Origin: Oscillospiraceae bacterium
Lineage (GTDB): Bacteria > Bacillota > Clostridia > Oscillospirales > Acutalibacteraceae
NCBI GenBank assembly: GCA_015066225.1
Contig: SVOT01000005.1
Span: 4,498 to 68,497, forward strand
Length of the DNA stretch: 64,000 nucleotides
Direction: 5' to 3'
The position numbers and the translations under genes were made by a program. Positions 46,367 through 55,895 of this stretch are shown here, in pieces; position 1 is the stretch's first letter, and every line of letters begins with the position of its first letter. The notes beneath the pieces were generated by a model that made no database searches, had not been told where the DNA came from, and worked only from the letters and a program-made list of their open reading frames with translations.

Positions 46367-47533
46367 TTATATGAAATCTTTGAAGAAATTCAAAATCATA
46401 CCACCGGCAATAACCGATGCAACCTGACCCGAAACGTTAACACCTGTTGCGTGCATAAGAAGGAAGTTCTGGTTATCTTCTTCAAGACCAATTTTGTGAA
46501 CAACACGTGAGCTCATAGGGAAGGCAGAGATACCTGCCGCACCAATCATGGGGTTGAACTTTTTGCCCTCGGGGAGGAAGATGTTGAGGAATTTTGCAAA
46601 CATAATGCCACCGGCTGTGTCGAAAATGAAAGCAACAAGGCCAAGACCGAGAATGAGCGCGGTTTCCCATGAAAGGAACTTATCTGCACTCATATTCTTA
46701 GCAACTGTAATTCCAAGAAGAATTGTGATAAGATTTGCGAGAACCTTCTGCGCTGTTTCTGAAAGTGAATCAAGCACACCGCATTCTCTGATAAGGTTAC
46801 CGAACATAAGGAAGCCGATAAGCACCGCAGACTGGGGTGAAACAACACCTGCAATAACAGAAACGACGATGGGGAAAAGGATTTTTGTTCTCTTGGATAT
46901 TGCCTTACCCTCATATTTCATACGAATACGGCGTTCTTTCTTTGTTGTGAGAAGCTTGATAACAGGGGGCTGAACAACAGGAACAAGCGCCATATATGAA
47001 TATGCGGCAACCATAATTGCACCCATATACTGAGAATTCAATTTATCAGCAACAATAATGGATGTAGGACCGTCTGCCGCACCGATGATAGCGATTGAAG
47101 CCGCCTCATTCAAGGGGAAGAAAAGTGATGCCATGGTATATGTGAAGAAAATACCAAACTGAGCCGCCGCACCGAAAATCATAAGCTTCGGATTTGATAA
47201 AACCGGACCGAAATCAATCATCGCACCGATACCGATAAACAAAAGCAACGGGAATAACTCATTCGCGATACCCGCATCAAACAATATTTTTATTGCACCC
47301 TCATCCGACGTGACTCCGACATCCGCAGCCAGAGGAAGGTTTACAAGAATTGTACCAAAGCCCATGGGCAAGAGAAGTGTGGGCTCCATATCCTTTGCAA
47401 TTGCAAGGTAAATAAGCAAGCCGCCTATCGCCCACATAATAACCATAGGCAGCATTTCAGTTAATGGGTCCATATCTAACAAGGCTTCAAAAATAATACC
47501 AATTTTTGAACCTAATTCTGACAATGTTTCCAT
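46367..47533 (-). CDS. sodium ion-translocating decarboxylase, beta subunit
   Basis: 388 aa, polytopic. The blocks AIAKDMEPTLLLPMGFGTILVNLP and GAADGPTSI are typical of OadB/GcdB/MmdB. Confidence 0.8.
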   Translation of the reverse strand: METLSELGSKIGIIFEALLDMDPLTEMLPMVIMWAIGGLLIYLAIAKDMEPTLLLPMGFGTILVNLPLAADVGVTSDEGAIKILFDAGIANELFPLLLFIGIGAMIDFGPVLSNPKLMIFGAAAQFGIFFTYTMASLFFPLNEAASIAIIGAADGPTSIIVADKLNSQYMGAIMVAAYSYMALVPVVQPPVIKLLTTKKERRIRMKYEGKAISKRTKILFPIVVSVIAGVVSPQSAVLIGFLMFGNLIRECGVLDSLSETAQKVLANLITILLGITVAKNMSADKFLSWETALILGLGLVAFIFDTAGGIMFAKFLNIFLPEGKKFNPMIGAAGISAFPMSSRVVHKIGLEEDNQNFLLMHATGVNVSGQVASVIAGGMILNFFKDFI

Positions 47534-47587
47534 ATTTTTCCTTCTTTCTTCTTTCTTCTTTCTTTTTTCTGTTATTCTACCGCAAAA

Positions 47588-47616
47588 TTGACAAGGGTTT
47601 TTGCTTGTGCTATTCT
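47588..47616 (+). promoter_or_regulatory. promoter TTGACA-17-TATTCT
   Basis: Hexamers at 47588-47593 and 47611-47616, upstream of bioY. Confidence 0.45.
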
Positions 47617-47633
47617 ATGCGGGGTGAAAAAAA

Positions 47634-48197
47634 TTGAGTGACGCAAATAACAAAACTTCGTTTTCAAAAACAAAAATCAAAAACATTGCTTTAATATCTC
47701 TTTTTTCCGCAATTATCGCGGTTTGCGCCTTTATAAGTGTGCCCTTTGCCGTGCCGTTCACAATGCAGCTTTTCGGTATTTTTTGCGCCCTTTATCTTTT
47801 GGGTGGCAAAAACGCAACGCTGGCAATTTTGCTGTATGTTTTTCTGGGGGCGGTGGGCTTGCCTGTTTTTTCAGGCTTCACCGGCGGAATCGGAAGACTT
47901 CTTGACGCCACCGGCGGTTTTATTTGGGGTTTTCTTCTTTCCGGCATCAGCTTTTGGGCTGTTACCCACTTTTTGAAAAATAAAAAACACTCAAAAATAA
48001 TCGCTTTGTTTGTTGCGCTTTTTGTTTGCTACATATCGGGTGGGCTGTGGTTCGCATTTTTTAGCGAAGCCCCGTTTTTTGAAAGCCTCAAAACCGCTTT
48101 GTTGACCTGCATTGTGCCATTTATTATTCCCGATATTTTAAAAATACTTCTGACTGTTCTTCTCTGTCGGAAGGTCGAAAAACACAAATTTTTTTAA
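47634..48197 (+). CDS. bioY: biotin transporter BioY (ECF S component)
   Basis: VPFTMQLFGIFCALYLLGGKNA..VFLGAVGLPVFSG..TGGFIWGF is typical of BioY. TTG start after GGGGTGA. Confidence 0.8.
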   Translation: MSDANNKTSFSKTKIKNIALISLFSAIIAVCAFISVPFAVPFTMQLFGIFCALYLLGGKNATLAILLYVFLGAVGLPVFSGFTGGIGRLLDATGGFIWGFLLSGISFWAVTHFLKNKKHSKIIALFVALFVCYISGGLWFAFFSEAPFFESLKTALLTCIVPFIIPDILKILLTVLLCRKVEKHKFF

Positions 48198-48201
48198 CTG
48201 T

Positions 48202-48235
48202 GCTTGCTCCCTCTCGGGAGCAAGCTTTTATTTAT
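48202..48235 (+). terminator. rho-independent terminator
   Basis: Hairpin GCTTGCTCCC-tctc-GGGAGCAAGC followed by TTTTATTTAT. Confidence 0.7.
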
Positions 48236-48245
48236 AAACAATGTT

Positions 48246-50711
48246 TTACCCTACTATACCTTCAAGGAAGTTAACTTCCTTAACGTTTGTGTCGCGATCA
48301 ACACGGAAGGTTTTTATTTCGTGCTTGCCGATATCAAACCAGAAGCCGTTATCAAAGAGCTTTGACATAAGATAGCATCTTGTGTTATCCTCGCCCTTTG
48401 TTTCATAAAGGCGGATAATAAGGTCACCGCTGCCGTCCTCACAGCGTTTGAGGGCGGTGATAACAACATTATCTGCATTTGTGTACATAAAGCAATCCTT
48501 TTCAGGGAGCTCACCCTTATGATAGCTTTCGGGCACTGCTACAACATTGTTGTTGAAAAGATGTGCTTCTTTTACAACGTCGCTCTTCTCGGCTTCGCCG
48601 GAGTGAACGTAAATGCCGTATGAGAAACGGTTAAGCCCCTCGTCTGTGAAATCAAAATCTGCCGCAGGTCTGTATGAATAGTGGTCGGCAAAAATAACAT
48701 TTCTGAGAGCTGTGAGTCTGAGCTCTGCACCGGGGCAATCGTAGCTGTATTTTGAATCACTCATAACAGCAACGCCCATACGCTTGCCATCCTTTGTAAC
48801 GGTAAGGTCCGCCCAGTTAAGTGCAGGCTCCTCATCGCCATCGCATGGACGCTTGATGAAGCCGCAGGGGATTTCATAGGTGGATATTTCTTCGTTACCG
48901 CCAACGGGGAAAGCAAATTTAAGAAGCGAGAATTTTTCTTGCCAGAGTGCCTTGCAATCAACTCTTACGGTTTTTTGACCCTTTGCAAGTATGAAATCCT
49001 GTGTAAGATAGCTTTCACCGAACTTGTGCTTTGTGCGGATTACGGAACGAAGAGCGCCGTTTTCAACTCTTTCAATGCTCTGAAGCTCCATAAGACCTTT
49101 AATTTCGTGGAATTTAAAGACATTGTGTGCCCACGTGTCGGTTTTGTCGTCGTTGATAACCGTGGGGATTGCAAGGAAGTTTTCACCTGCAAGGTCATCG
49201 CCCGTTTCTTTGTTTACAAGCTTTTTGATGAAGCCTGTCTGATTGTCGATTTCAACGCAGACAAATTCATTTTCCATAAGGAAGTTTTCTTCGCCTGAAA
49301 GCTCTTTTTCTGCCTGAACATTGTCGCACTCGAGCCAATAGGTTGCATAGCCGAAGGGCTCAACCTCTGCCATAAAGAGTGTGTCGAGGTGCTCGTCGTT
49401 TGAGCGAGATGAACGAACATTCTGGAAAAGAACCTCGTTACCCTCAGAATCGGTAACCGCCTTTGAGGGGTGGTATGTTCTTACAGGCATTTTAATTTTA
49501 TATGAATGGGGGTTAAAGACAACTACGGGTCTTGGGAAGCCGTTATCCGCACCTGTGTAGTGACGGGTGTGAAGCACAGCGTCGCTGACGCCCTCAACCC
49601 AGGTATCAATTCTTCTTGCTATGCGAAGAACTGCATTGTTGTAGCTCTCACCTGCTATTGTTGTTGCATAGCCCTGTGACTCAACAAAATCGTCATAAGC
49701 CTCTCTTATGGAGCAGCCGCAGAGAATATCGTGGAACTGATTGAAGCAGACCTTTTTCCATGCAGCCTCAAACTCTTTCGTCTGAGGTGCGCAATCTGTA
49801 ACAACAGATGAAATTGTATCCCACTTTTCAGCCGCCGCAAGAACATTTTCCGCCTTGCGGTTGAGCTCCTTTACAAGTGATGTTGCGCTGTAGCAACCGC
49901 TTGCGTGGTGCTGAAGCTCGTCATTCCAAGAGGGAAGCTCAATAAACTGATTGAGCATATCCTCAAAATAATCGTCGGGAGAAGAGAATTCAAGCTCGTT
50001 ATAGCCTTCTCTTTCAAGCATTGTTTCGAGATATTCGATATCGCCCTTTGTGGGGCCGCCGCCGTGGTTGCCCACGCCGTAGAACAGCATCATTCCGTGG
50101 CCTGTCTGCTCAGCTCTCTCGTTTGCATCCTCGATTTTTCTGTCGAGAGCCTCCTTGCCGTTTCCTGCATAGCTGTCGGGAAGACGGTATGTGAGAACTC
50201 TTGTGCCGTCGGCACTGTCCCACCAGAAGAGATTTTCGGGAATTTCGTCGTTTTCATGCATACCGGGACGCTGGAAAACATAGCTGTTCATTCCGCCCTT
50301 TTTAAGAAGCTGGGGAAGAGAGGCTGCGTGACCGAAGGAGTCAACATTATAGCCTGTTGAACAGATTTTGCCGAATTTCTCATAATAATAAAGCTGGCTG
50401 TAAAGTGCCTGGCGAGCAAAGCTCTCACCCGAAGGCATATTGCAATCGGGCTGAACCCACCAACCGTTGATGGGAACCCATCTGCCCCTTCTCACCATTG
50501 TTTTGATTTCTTCAAACATCTGAGGATCAATTTTTTCGACCCACTCATAATATGCGGCTGAAGAACAGGTGAAAACAAAGTCGTTATATTCTTTTAATCT
50601 GTCAAGAGCACTGCGGAACGTCTGCAGCACCTCGCCACAGCCCTCCTGCCAACGCCAGAGCCAGATAGGGTCAAGGTGAGCGTTGCCTATAAGTTTTATT
50701 GTTTTATCCAT
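48246..50711 (-). CDS. alpha-mannosidase, glycoside hydrolase family 38
   Basis: IGNAHLDPIWLWRWQEG and the GVGNHGGGP block are present. 821 aa. Confidence 0.85.
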   Translation of the reverse strand: MDKTIKLIGNAHLDPIWLWRWQEGCGEVLQTFRSALDRLKEYNDFVFTCSSAAYYEWVEKIDPQMFEEIKTMVRRGRWVPINGWWVQPDCNMPSGESFARQALYSQLYYYEKFGKICSTGYNVDSFGHAASLPQLLKKGGMNSYVFQRPGMHENDEIPENLFWWDSADGTRVLTYRLPDSYAGNGKEALDRKIEDANERAEQTGHGMMLFYGVGNHGGGPTKGDIEYLETMLEREGYNELEFSSPDDYFEDMLNQFIELPSWNDELQHHASGCYSATSLVKELNRKAENVLAAAEKWDTISSVVTDCAPQTKEFEAAWKKVCFNQFHDILCGCSIREAYDDFVESQGYATTIAGESYNNAVLRIARRIDTWVEGVSDAVLHTRHYTGADNGFPRPVVVFNPHSYKIKMPVRTYHPSKAVTDSEGNEVLFQNVRSSRSNDEHLDTLFMAEVEPFGYATYWLECDNVQAEKELSGEENFLMENEFVCVEIDNQTGFIKKLVNKETGDDLAGENFLAIPTVINDDKTDTWAHNVFKFHEIKGLMELQSIERVENGALRSVIRTKHKFGESYLTQDFILAKGQKTVRVDCKALWQEKFSLLKFAFPVGGNEEISTYEIPCGFIKRPCDGDEEPALNWADLTVTKDGKRMGVAVMSDSKYSYDCPGAELRLTALRNVIFADHYSYRPAADFDFTDEGLNRFSYGIYVHSGEAEKSDVVKEAHLFNNNVVAVPESYHKGELPEKDCFMYTNADNVVITALKRCEDGSGDLIIRLYETKGEDNTRCYLMSKLFDNGFWFDIGKHEIKTFRVDRDTNVKEVNFLEGIVG

Positions 50712-52501
50712 TATTCTTCGCCCTCCTCAATAAATCCGAAATATCTGCCTAACCAATAGGAGAAGGTGTAAACGTAACAGCTTTCGACACAGAAAACGCC
50801 GCCGCTGTCTTCATTTTTATATTCAAGGGGGTCTCTGTCAAGCTTTGCAATGAAGCGCTCATCATTGGGGGGGAGCGCAGAAACCTCACGGTAGTCGCCC
50901 ATAAATAATTTCACAGGGTAATCACGTCTTGATGTGAGTGAAACTGCACTTGCCAGACGTGACACGTTGAAACGATAGAACCATGTTTTTACTCTTTCCT
51001 CATCGGGCTGAGCCTCAGGGTCGCTGAGGAAATAAGGGAAATCGTACGCAGGTGTGTATTCGGGAGCAAGAGAATATCTCCAGCTTCTGAAGGCTTTAAT
51101 GAACATCTCTCTGCGCTCCTCGTCGGGCTCAAGAGTAACAAGGCCCCAAAGGGAAAGAACGGCAAGGTTGTGGTCACCGTACATAATATCCTCACGGTCA
51201 TCTATGCCGCCCTGCAGACAAACCTTGTGAAATCTGTCGAAGTGACCCATTGTGAGCTTATCGTATCCTCTTTCGCAGAGCATATCGTAGGTTTCCTGCC
51301 ATTTGCCGGCTTCCCCGGTGATGTGCATTGTAACACGAAGAAACATAAGAAGCTCGGCAGCGTTAAGGCAGGCATCTGCCCAACCCATAGCGGAGTTGAA
51401 ATAATCCTCGTTCCACTTTGCCCAGGTGGTGGGGTTGCCGTCTGCCTCACGAAGCTGGAATCCGTTATCTATAATGTGGTTCATTGTATTTCTTGCGGCT
51501 GTTTTGAGAAGCTCGTCATATTCGGGGTCTTCACAGCCCAAAAACTCGTGGGCAACAAGAAGATGCATATAGTGGTGAGTGATTTCATCACTGCTTGTGT
51601 CACCCTTGTAGGTGATATCTGTATCCTCATAGCCCTCCTCGGTGTACATCTTGCGAAGTCTTTCGGGGATGGGGGCATCTGCTTTGACCTCAAGGCCCAC
51701 AACCTTTTTGTGGCGGGCATCTGTTGTGTTGAGACAGGATGCTGTGGCACCGTTCTTTTTATAGAAAAGACCGTCATCGGGCACAGGCTCGTCTTTTGTG
51801 AGATATGTTCTTGCAACAAAACCGTTGCCTCTTCCTGCAATATACATTAAAAGAAGGTTTGCTTCGCTGGCACGCATTGCAACCTCTCTTGCTCTGAGAG
51901 TTTCTTCATCATAAGCACCCTTCTCTTTTTTGAGAGTTGCATAATGGAAAATTTCACCCATAGCATAAGCAGATGAAAAGCTGCCGTCGTTATCTGAATG
52001 CCCGTAAGGCAGAGCAGATTTAAGGTTGCCCGCCTCTGCAAGACGCTTCTGGCTGACCATTCCGTGACGCTGAACATAGGTGAGAGTTTCGTCAAGAAGC
52101 CTGTATGCCTTTTCTTCCATTGACATTTTCACCATTTCGATGTGGGTAACACCGTTTGCGGTGAGAACCCACACCCCGTCGCCATCTGCAAAAAGAGCCT
52201 GAACGTTGTTATCAAGAAGGTCACGGCTTGCACCGAAATACATAACAATGTCATAGATGCTTTTTGCGTTGGGGTCGTAACGTGTTACACCGCCGTTTGA
52301 GCCGTACCACATAACACCGTTTGCACCCTCGCAAAAGCAGGTGTAATCCTTCTTTTTCTGGGGAAGCGGATAGGGGAAATCGGTCAAATCGGGCTTTTTG
52401 GCTTTTGCTTCAAGCAAAGCCTTGGGCACTTCAATATCGAACTTTTTGAAGTGACTTACAACCCTCGTTAACTGAGGAAAGAGTTTAATAGGTTGTGCCA
52501 T
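50711..52501 (-). CDS. hypothetical protein translationally coupled to the GH38 gene
   Basis: 596 aa with no signal peptide. The stop overlaps the GH38 start (TAATG). I recognise no family. Confidence 0.5.
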   Translation of the reverse strand: MAQPIKLFPQLTRVVSHFKKFDIEVPKALLEAKAKKPDLTDFPYPLPQKKKDYTCFCEGANGVMWYGSNGGVTRYDPNAKSIYDIVMYFGASRDLLDNNVQALFADGDGVWVLTANGVTHIEMVKMSMEEKAYRLLDETLTYVQRHGMVSQKRLAEAGNLKSALPYGHSDNDGSFSSAYAMGEIFHYATLKKEKGAYDEETLRAREVAMRASEANLLLMYIAGRGNGFVARTYLTKDEPVPDDGLFYKKNGATASCLNTTDARHKKVVGLEVKADAPIPERLRKMYTEEGYEDTDITYKGDTSSDEITHHYMHLLVAHEFLGCEDPEYDELLKTAARNTMNHIIDNGFQLREADGNPTTWAKWNEDYFNSAMGWADACLNAAELLMFLRVTMHITGEAGKWQETYDMLCERGYDKLTMGHFDRFHKVCLQGGIDDREDIMYGDHNLAVLSLWGLVTLEPDEERREMFIKAFRSWRYSLAPEYTPAYDFPYFLSDPEAQPDEERVKTWFYRFNVSRLASAVSLTSRRDYPVKLFMGDYREVSALPPNDERFIAKLDRDPLEYKNEDSGGVFCVESCYVYTFSYWLGRYFGFIEEGEE

Positions 52502-52626
52502 CTCTTTTTCTCCTTTTCGGGATATTTTTTACAATGAAACCAAATTTTCACATTCTATATTTTATCAAAACGCAGTTCAAAGTTCAATATATATTCAAAA
52601 TATTATTTAAAATTTACAGATTAATA

Positions 52627-52655
52627 TTGGCATATGCAAAACAAAGTGATATAAT
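52627..52655 (+). promoter_or_regulatory. promoter TTGGCA-17-TATAAT with extended -10
   Basis: Hexamers at 52627-52632 and 52650-52655, with a TGA immediately before the -10. Confidence 0.55.
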
Positions 52656-52694
52656 GCAATTTGGTATTTTAATTTTTTCCATTCTGAAAGGGAA

Positions 52695-53960
52695 ATGTCT
52701 ATGAACACATCTATTTTTGACAAGTATGAATCCGAGGTTCGCTCCTATTGCAGAAACTTCCCTGCTGTCTTCACCACAGCAAAGGATTCCTTCATTTTTG
52801 CTGAGGACGGCAAAAAATACATCGACTTTTTCTGCGGTGCAGGTGCCCTCAACTACGGCCACAATAACGACTACATCAAAAAGCAGATTATAAGCTACCT
52901 TGAAAGCGACGGTATAATCCATTCTCTTGATATGTTCACCTCTGCCAAAAGAGATTTTATTGAATATTTCGAGAAAAATATTCTTGAGCCCCGTGGCTTT
53001 GATTACAAAATTCAGTTCCCCGGCCCCACAGGCACTAATGCCGTTGAGGCGGCGCTCAAGCTTGCAAGAAAGGTCAAAAAAAGAAACAATATTTTCGCAT
53101 TTATGGGTGCATTCCACGGTATGACTCTCGGCTCCCTTTCAATGACCACCGACCGTGACTCCCGCGAGGGTGCGGGCGTTGTGCTCACAGATGTTACGCA
53201 TATGCCCTCCCCCTATATGTTCCCCGAGCTTGACGTTATAAAATATATGCAAACCCTTATTGACGACGACCATTCGGGCATTTCGAAGCCTGCGGCTGTT
53301 TTCATTGAACCCGTTCAGGCTGACGGCGGCATACACGTTTTCAGCGTGGAGTTCCTCAAGGGCTTGCGTGAGTTCTGCACAAGGAACGATATTCTTCTTG
53401 TCTGCGACGATATCCAGGTGGGCTCTGCAAGAACAGGCACATATTTCTCTTTCGAAAGAGCAGGCATCACCCCCGATATTGTTACACTTTCAAAATCCAT
53501 CGGCGGCTACGGTATGCCCTTTGCCCTTGTTCTTTTCAAGCCCGAGCTTGACGTTTGGAAGCCCGGCGAGCACAACGGAACCTTCCGCGGAAGCCAGCTT
53601 TCAATAGTTGCGGCAAAAGCCGGTCTTGAAATAATGCTCAAGGAAAACGTTGAAAAAGAGGTTCAGCGCAAGGGCGAAATCATCAAAGAATACCTGGCAA
53701 GGGTTAAAGAAATCAACGAAAACTTTGATATCAGGGGCATCGGCTTTATGTGGGGCGTTGACTGCAACAAGGTCGCTCCCGACGCTGTTTCACGTGCAAT
53801 AGTGAGAGAATGCTTCGACAACGGACTTATTGTTGAAAGAGCGGGCAGAAACAACGACGTTGTTAAATTGATGCCCTGCCTTCTCGCAGATGACGAAACT
53901 CTCAAGCAAGGTCTTGAAATATTCGTGAATGCTGTGAAAACAGTTGTTGAAAAAATGTGA
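52695..53960 (+). CDS. diaminobutyrate--2-oxoglutarate transaminase-like class III aminotransferase
   Basis: The N-terminus FDKYESEVRSYCRNFPAVFTTAKDS..DFFCGAGALNYGHNN is typical of EctB/Dat. The PLP lysine context is LSKSIGG. Confidence 0.7.
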   Translation: MSMNTSIFDKYESEVRSYCRNFPAVFTTAKDSFIFAEDGKKYIDFFCGAGALNYGHNNDYIKKQIISYLESDGIIHSLDMFTSAKRDFIEYFEKNILEPRGFDYKIQFPGPTGTNAVEAALKLARKVKKRNNIFAFMGAFHGMTLGSLSMTTDRDSREGAGVVLTDVTHMPSPYMFPELDVIKYMQTLIDDDHSGISKPAAVFIEPVQADGGIHVFSVEFLKGLREFCTRNDILLVCDDIQVGSARTGTYFSFERAGITPDIVTLSKSIGGYGMPFALVLFKPELDVWKPGEHNGTFRGSQLSIVAAKAGLEIMLKENVEKEVQRKGEIIKEYLARVKEINENFDIRGIGFMWGVDCNKVAPDAVSRAIVRECFDNGLIVERAGRNNDVVKLMPCLLADDETLKQGLEIFVNAVKTVVEKM

Positions 53961-53976
53961 GCTTGGTTACAGCTTT

Positions 53977-54007
53977 AAAGGATGGTCATAGGGACCATCC
54001 TTTTTTT
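53977..54007 (+). terminator. rho-independent terminator
   Basis: Hairpin GGATGGTC-atagg-GACCATCC followed by TTTTTTT. Confidence 0.75.
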
Positions 54008-54085
54008 ATATTTCTCTTTAATTTGTAATAAATATATGCTAAAATGTATTTTGTATAAGTTTAATCTGTCTTGCGAGGAGAAAAA

Positions 54086-55849
54086 ATGAAAAACAAATCT
54101 GAAAACAAAATGACCACTCCCAAGCTCTTAAAGCGTTTCCTTCCCTATTATAAATTACATATCCGAACGTTGGTTTTTGACCTTTTCTGTGCCTCTCTGA
54201 CAACCGTTTGCGAGCTGGCGCTTCCGATGATAGTGCGCTTTATAACAGATGCTGTTACAACTGACATTTCCGTTTTGACCCCTGCCGTTATTTTGGGCGT
54301 GGGCGGAATTTATCTTGTTATGAGGATAATTGATGCGGTGGCAAACTACTATATGGCGTCTGTGGGTCATATAATGGGCACAAAAATGGAGACTAAAATG
54401 CGAAAGGATTTATTCGAGCATTTGCAGAAGCTCTCCAACAACTACTACGACAACACAAAGGTCGGCACAATTATGACCCGTATAACATCTGACCTTTTCG
54501 ATGTTACGGAATTCGCCCACCACTGCCCCGAAGAATTTTTCATCGCAGGTATTAAAATTGCAGTCTCCTTTGCAATTCTCAGCTTTATCAATCTGCCGTT
54601 AACACTTCTCCTTTTTGCGGTTATCCCCGTTATGGCACTCTGCCTTAAAAAATTCAAAAAAAGAATGCATGAGGGCTTCCGCGAATCAAGAGTGGTTGTT
54701 GGTGAATTAAACTCACAGATTGAGGATTCACTCCTCGGTGTGCGTGTTGTAAAATCCTTTGCCAACGAAAATCTTGAAGAAAAGAAATTCAAAAAAGGCA
54801 ATGAGAAATTCCTCACAATAAAATCCAAGGTCTATAAATATATGGGCTCTCACAGCTCTATTAACAGGGTTTTTGAGGGCGTGATGTATATCCTCATAGT
54901 TGTTGCAGGTGCTTTTGCTCTCGTTGGCGGCAAGATCACTGCGGCAGACTACATCGCATATCTTCTCTATATTTCAACGCTTCTTACCTCAATCAGAAAA
55001 ATCATCGACTTTGCCGAGCAATTCCAACGAGGCATGACAGGTATCGAGCGATTTGCCGAGATTATGGACACCGAGCCCGACATAATTGATAAGCCCAACG
55101 CAGTTGAATTGAGCGTTACAAGCGGTGCAATTACCTTCGACAATGTTTCTTTCAGGTATTCCGACGCTTCTGATGATGTTCTTGACAACGTCAATATTGA
55201 TATAAAAAGCGGCGAAAGCATTGCCCTCGTTGGCCCCTCGGGCGGTGGCAAAACCACAATATGCAACCTTATCCCCCGCTTTTATGAGCTCACCGACGGC
55301 AGTATTAAAATCGACGGAACGGATATCCGTGACGTTACCTTGAAAAGCCTTCGTGAAAACATCGGCATCGTTCAGCAGGATGTTTATCTTTTCTCGGGCA
55401 CGGTGCGTGAAAATATTGAATACGGCAACCCCGGTGCTACGGATGAAGAAATTTTTGAAGCCGCCCGCCTTGCAGGTGCACAAGAATTCATTGAAAAGCT
55501 CCCCAACGGCTTTGATACCTATGTTGGCGAAAGGGGCGTCAAGCTTTCGGGCGGTCAGAAGCAGCGCATAAGCATTGCCCGTGTATTTCTTAAAAATCCG
55601 AAAATACTTATTCTTGACGAGGCAACAAGTGCCCTCGACAACGAAAGCGAATACCTTGTTCAGCAGTCCCTTGAAAGGCTGGCAAAGGGCAGAACAACAA
55701 TAACCGTTGCCCACAGGCTCACAACTGTCAAAAACGCCGACAAAATCCTCGTTATCACAAAGGACGGCATCGCAGAAAGCGGCAACCACGACGAGCTCGT
55801 TGAGAAAAACGGCTTGTATGCAACGATGTATAAGATGTACAGGGTTTAA
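54086..55849 (+). CDS. ABC exporter, fused permease/ATP-binding protein
   Basis: Six-TM domain followed by Walker A GPSGGGKTT, LSGGQKQR and ILILDEATSALD. ATG 54086 with GAGGAG RBS. Confidence 0.85.
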   Translation: MKNKSENKMTTPKLLKRFLPYYKLHIRTLVFDLFCASLTTVCELALPMIVRFITDAVTTDISVLTPAVILGVGGIYLVMRIIDAVANYYMASVGHIMGTKMETKMRKDLFEHLQKLSNNYYDNTKVGTIMTRITSDLFDVTEFAHHCPEEFFIAGIKIAVSFAILSFINLPLTLLLFAVIPVMALCLKKFKKRMHEGFRESRVVVGELNSQIEDSLLGVRVVKSFANENLEEKKFKKGNEKFLTIKSKVYKYMGSHSSINRVFEGVMYILIVVAGAFALVGGKITAADYIAYLLYISTLLTSIRKIIDFAEQFQRGMTGIERFAEIMDTEPDIIDKPNAVELSVTSGAITFDNVSFRYSDASDDVLDNVNIDIKSGESIALVGPSGGGKTTICNLIPRFYELTDGSIKIDGTDIRDVTLKSLRENIGIVQQDVYLFSGTVRENIEYGNPGATDEEIFEAARLAGAQEFIEKLPNGFDTYVGERGVKLSGGQKQRISIARVFLKNPKILILDEATSALDNESEYLVQQSLERLAKGRTTITVAHRLTTVKNADKILVITKDGIAESGNHDELVEKNGLYATMYKMYRV

Positions 55850-55895
55850 CTTCGGCATCAAGCCTCACAACATTTTTATATAAGGAGGAAACACT

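Noticed and set aside
47541-47570. Pyrimidine-rich CTTTCTT repeat upstream of the decarboxylase beta subunit
   Set aside because: It is a short simple-sequence tract that overlaps the purine-rich RBS region on the coding strand. There is no evidence of a specific function.
54989-55861. Long antisense ORFs inside well-supported genes (54989-55861 minus strand, 56914-57738 minus strand, 41598-42323 plus strand, 33679-34347 plus strand, 51170-51850 plus strand, 36224-36772 plus strand, 60186-60947 alternative frame)
   Set aside because: Each overlaps a gene with clear family signatures on the other strand or frame. Their compositions are typical of shadow ORFs and none has a start context.
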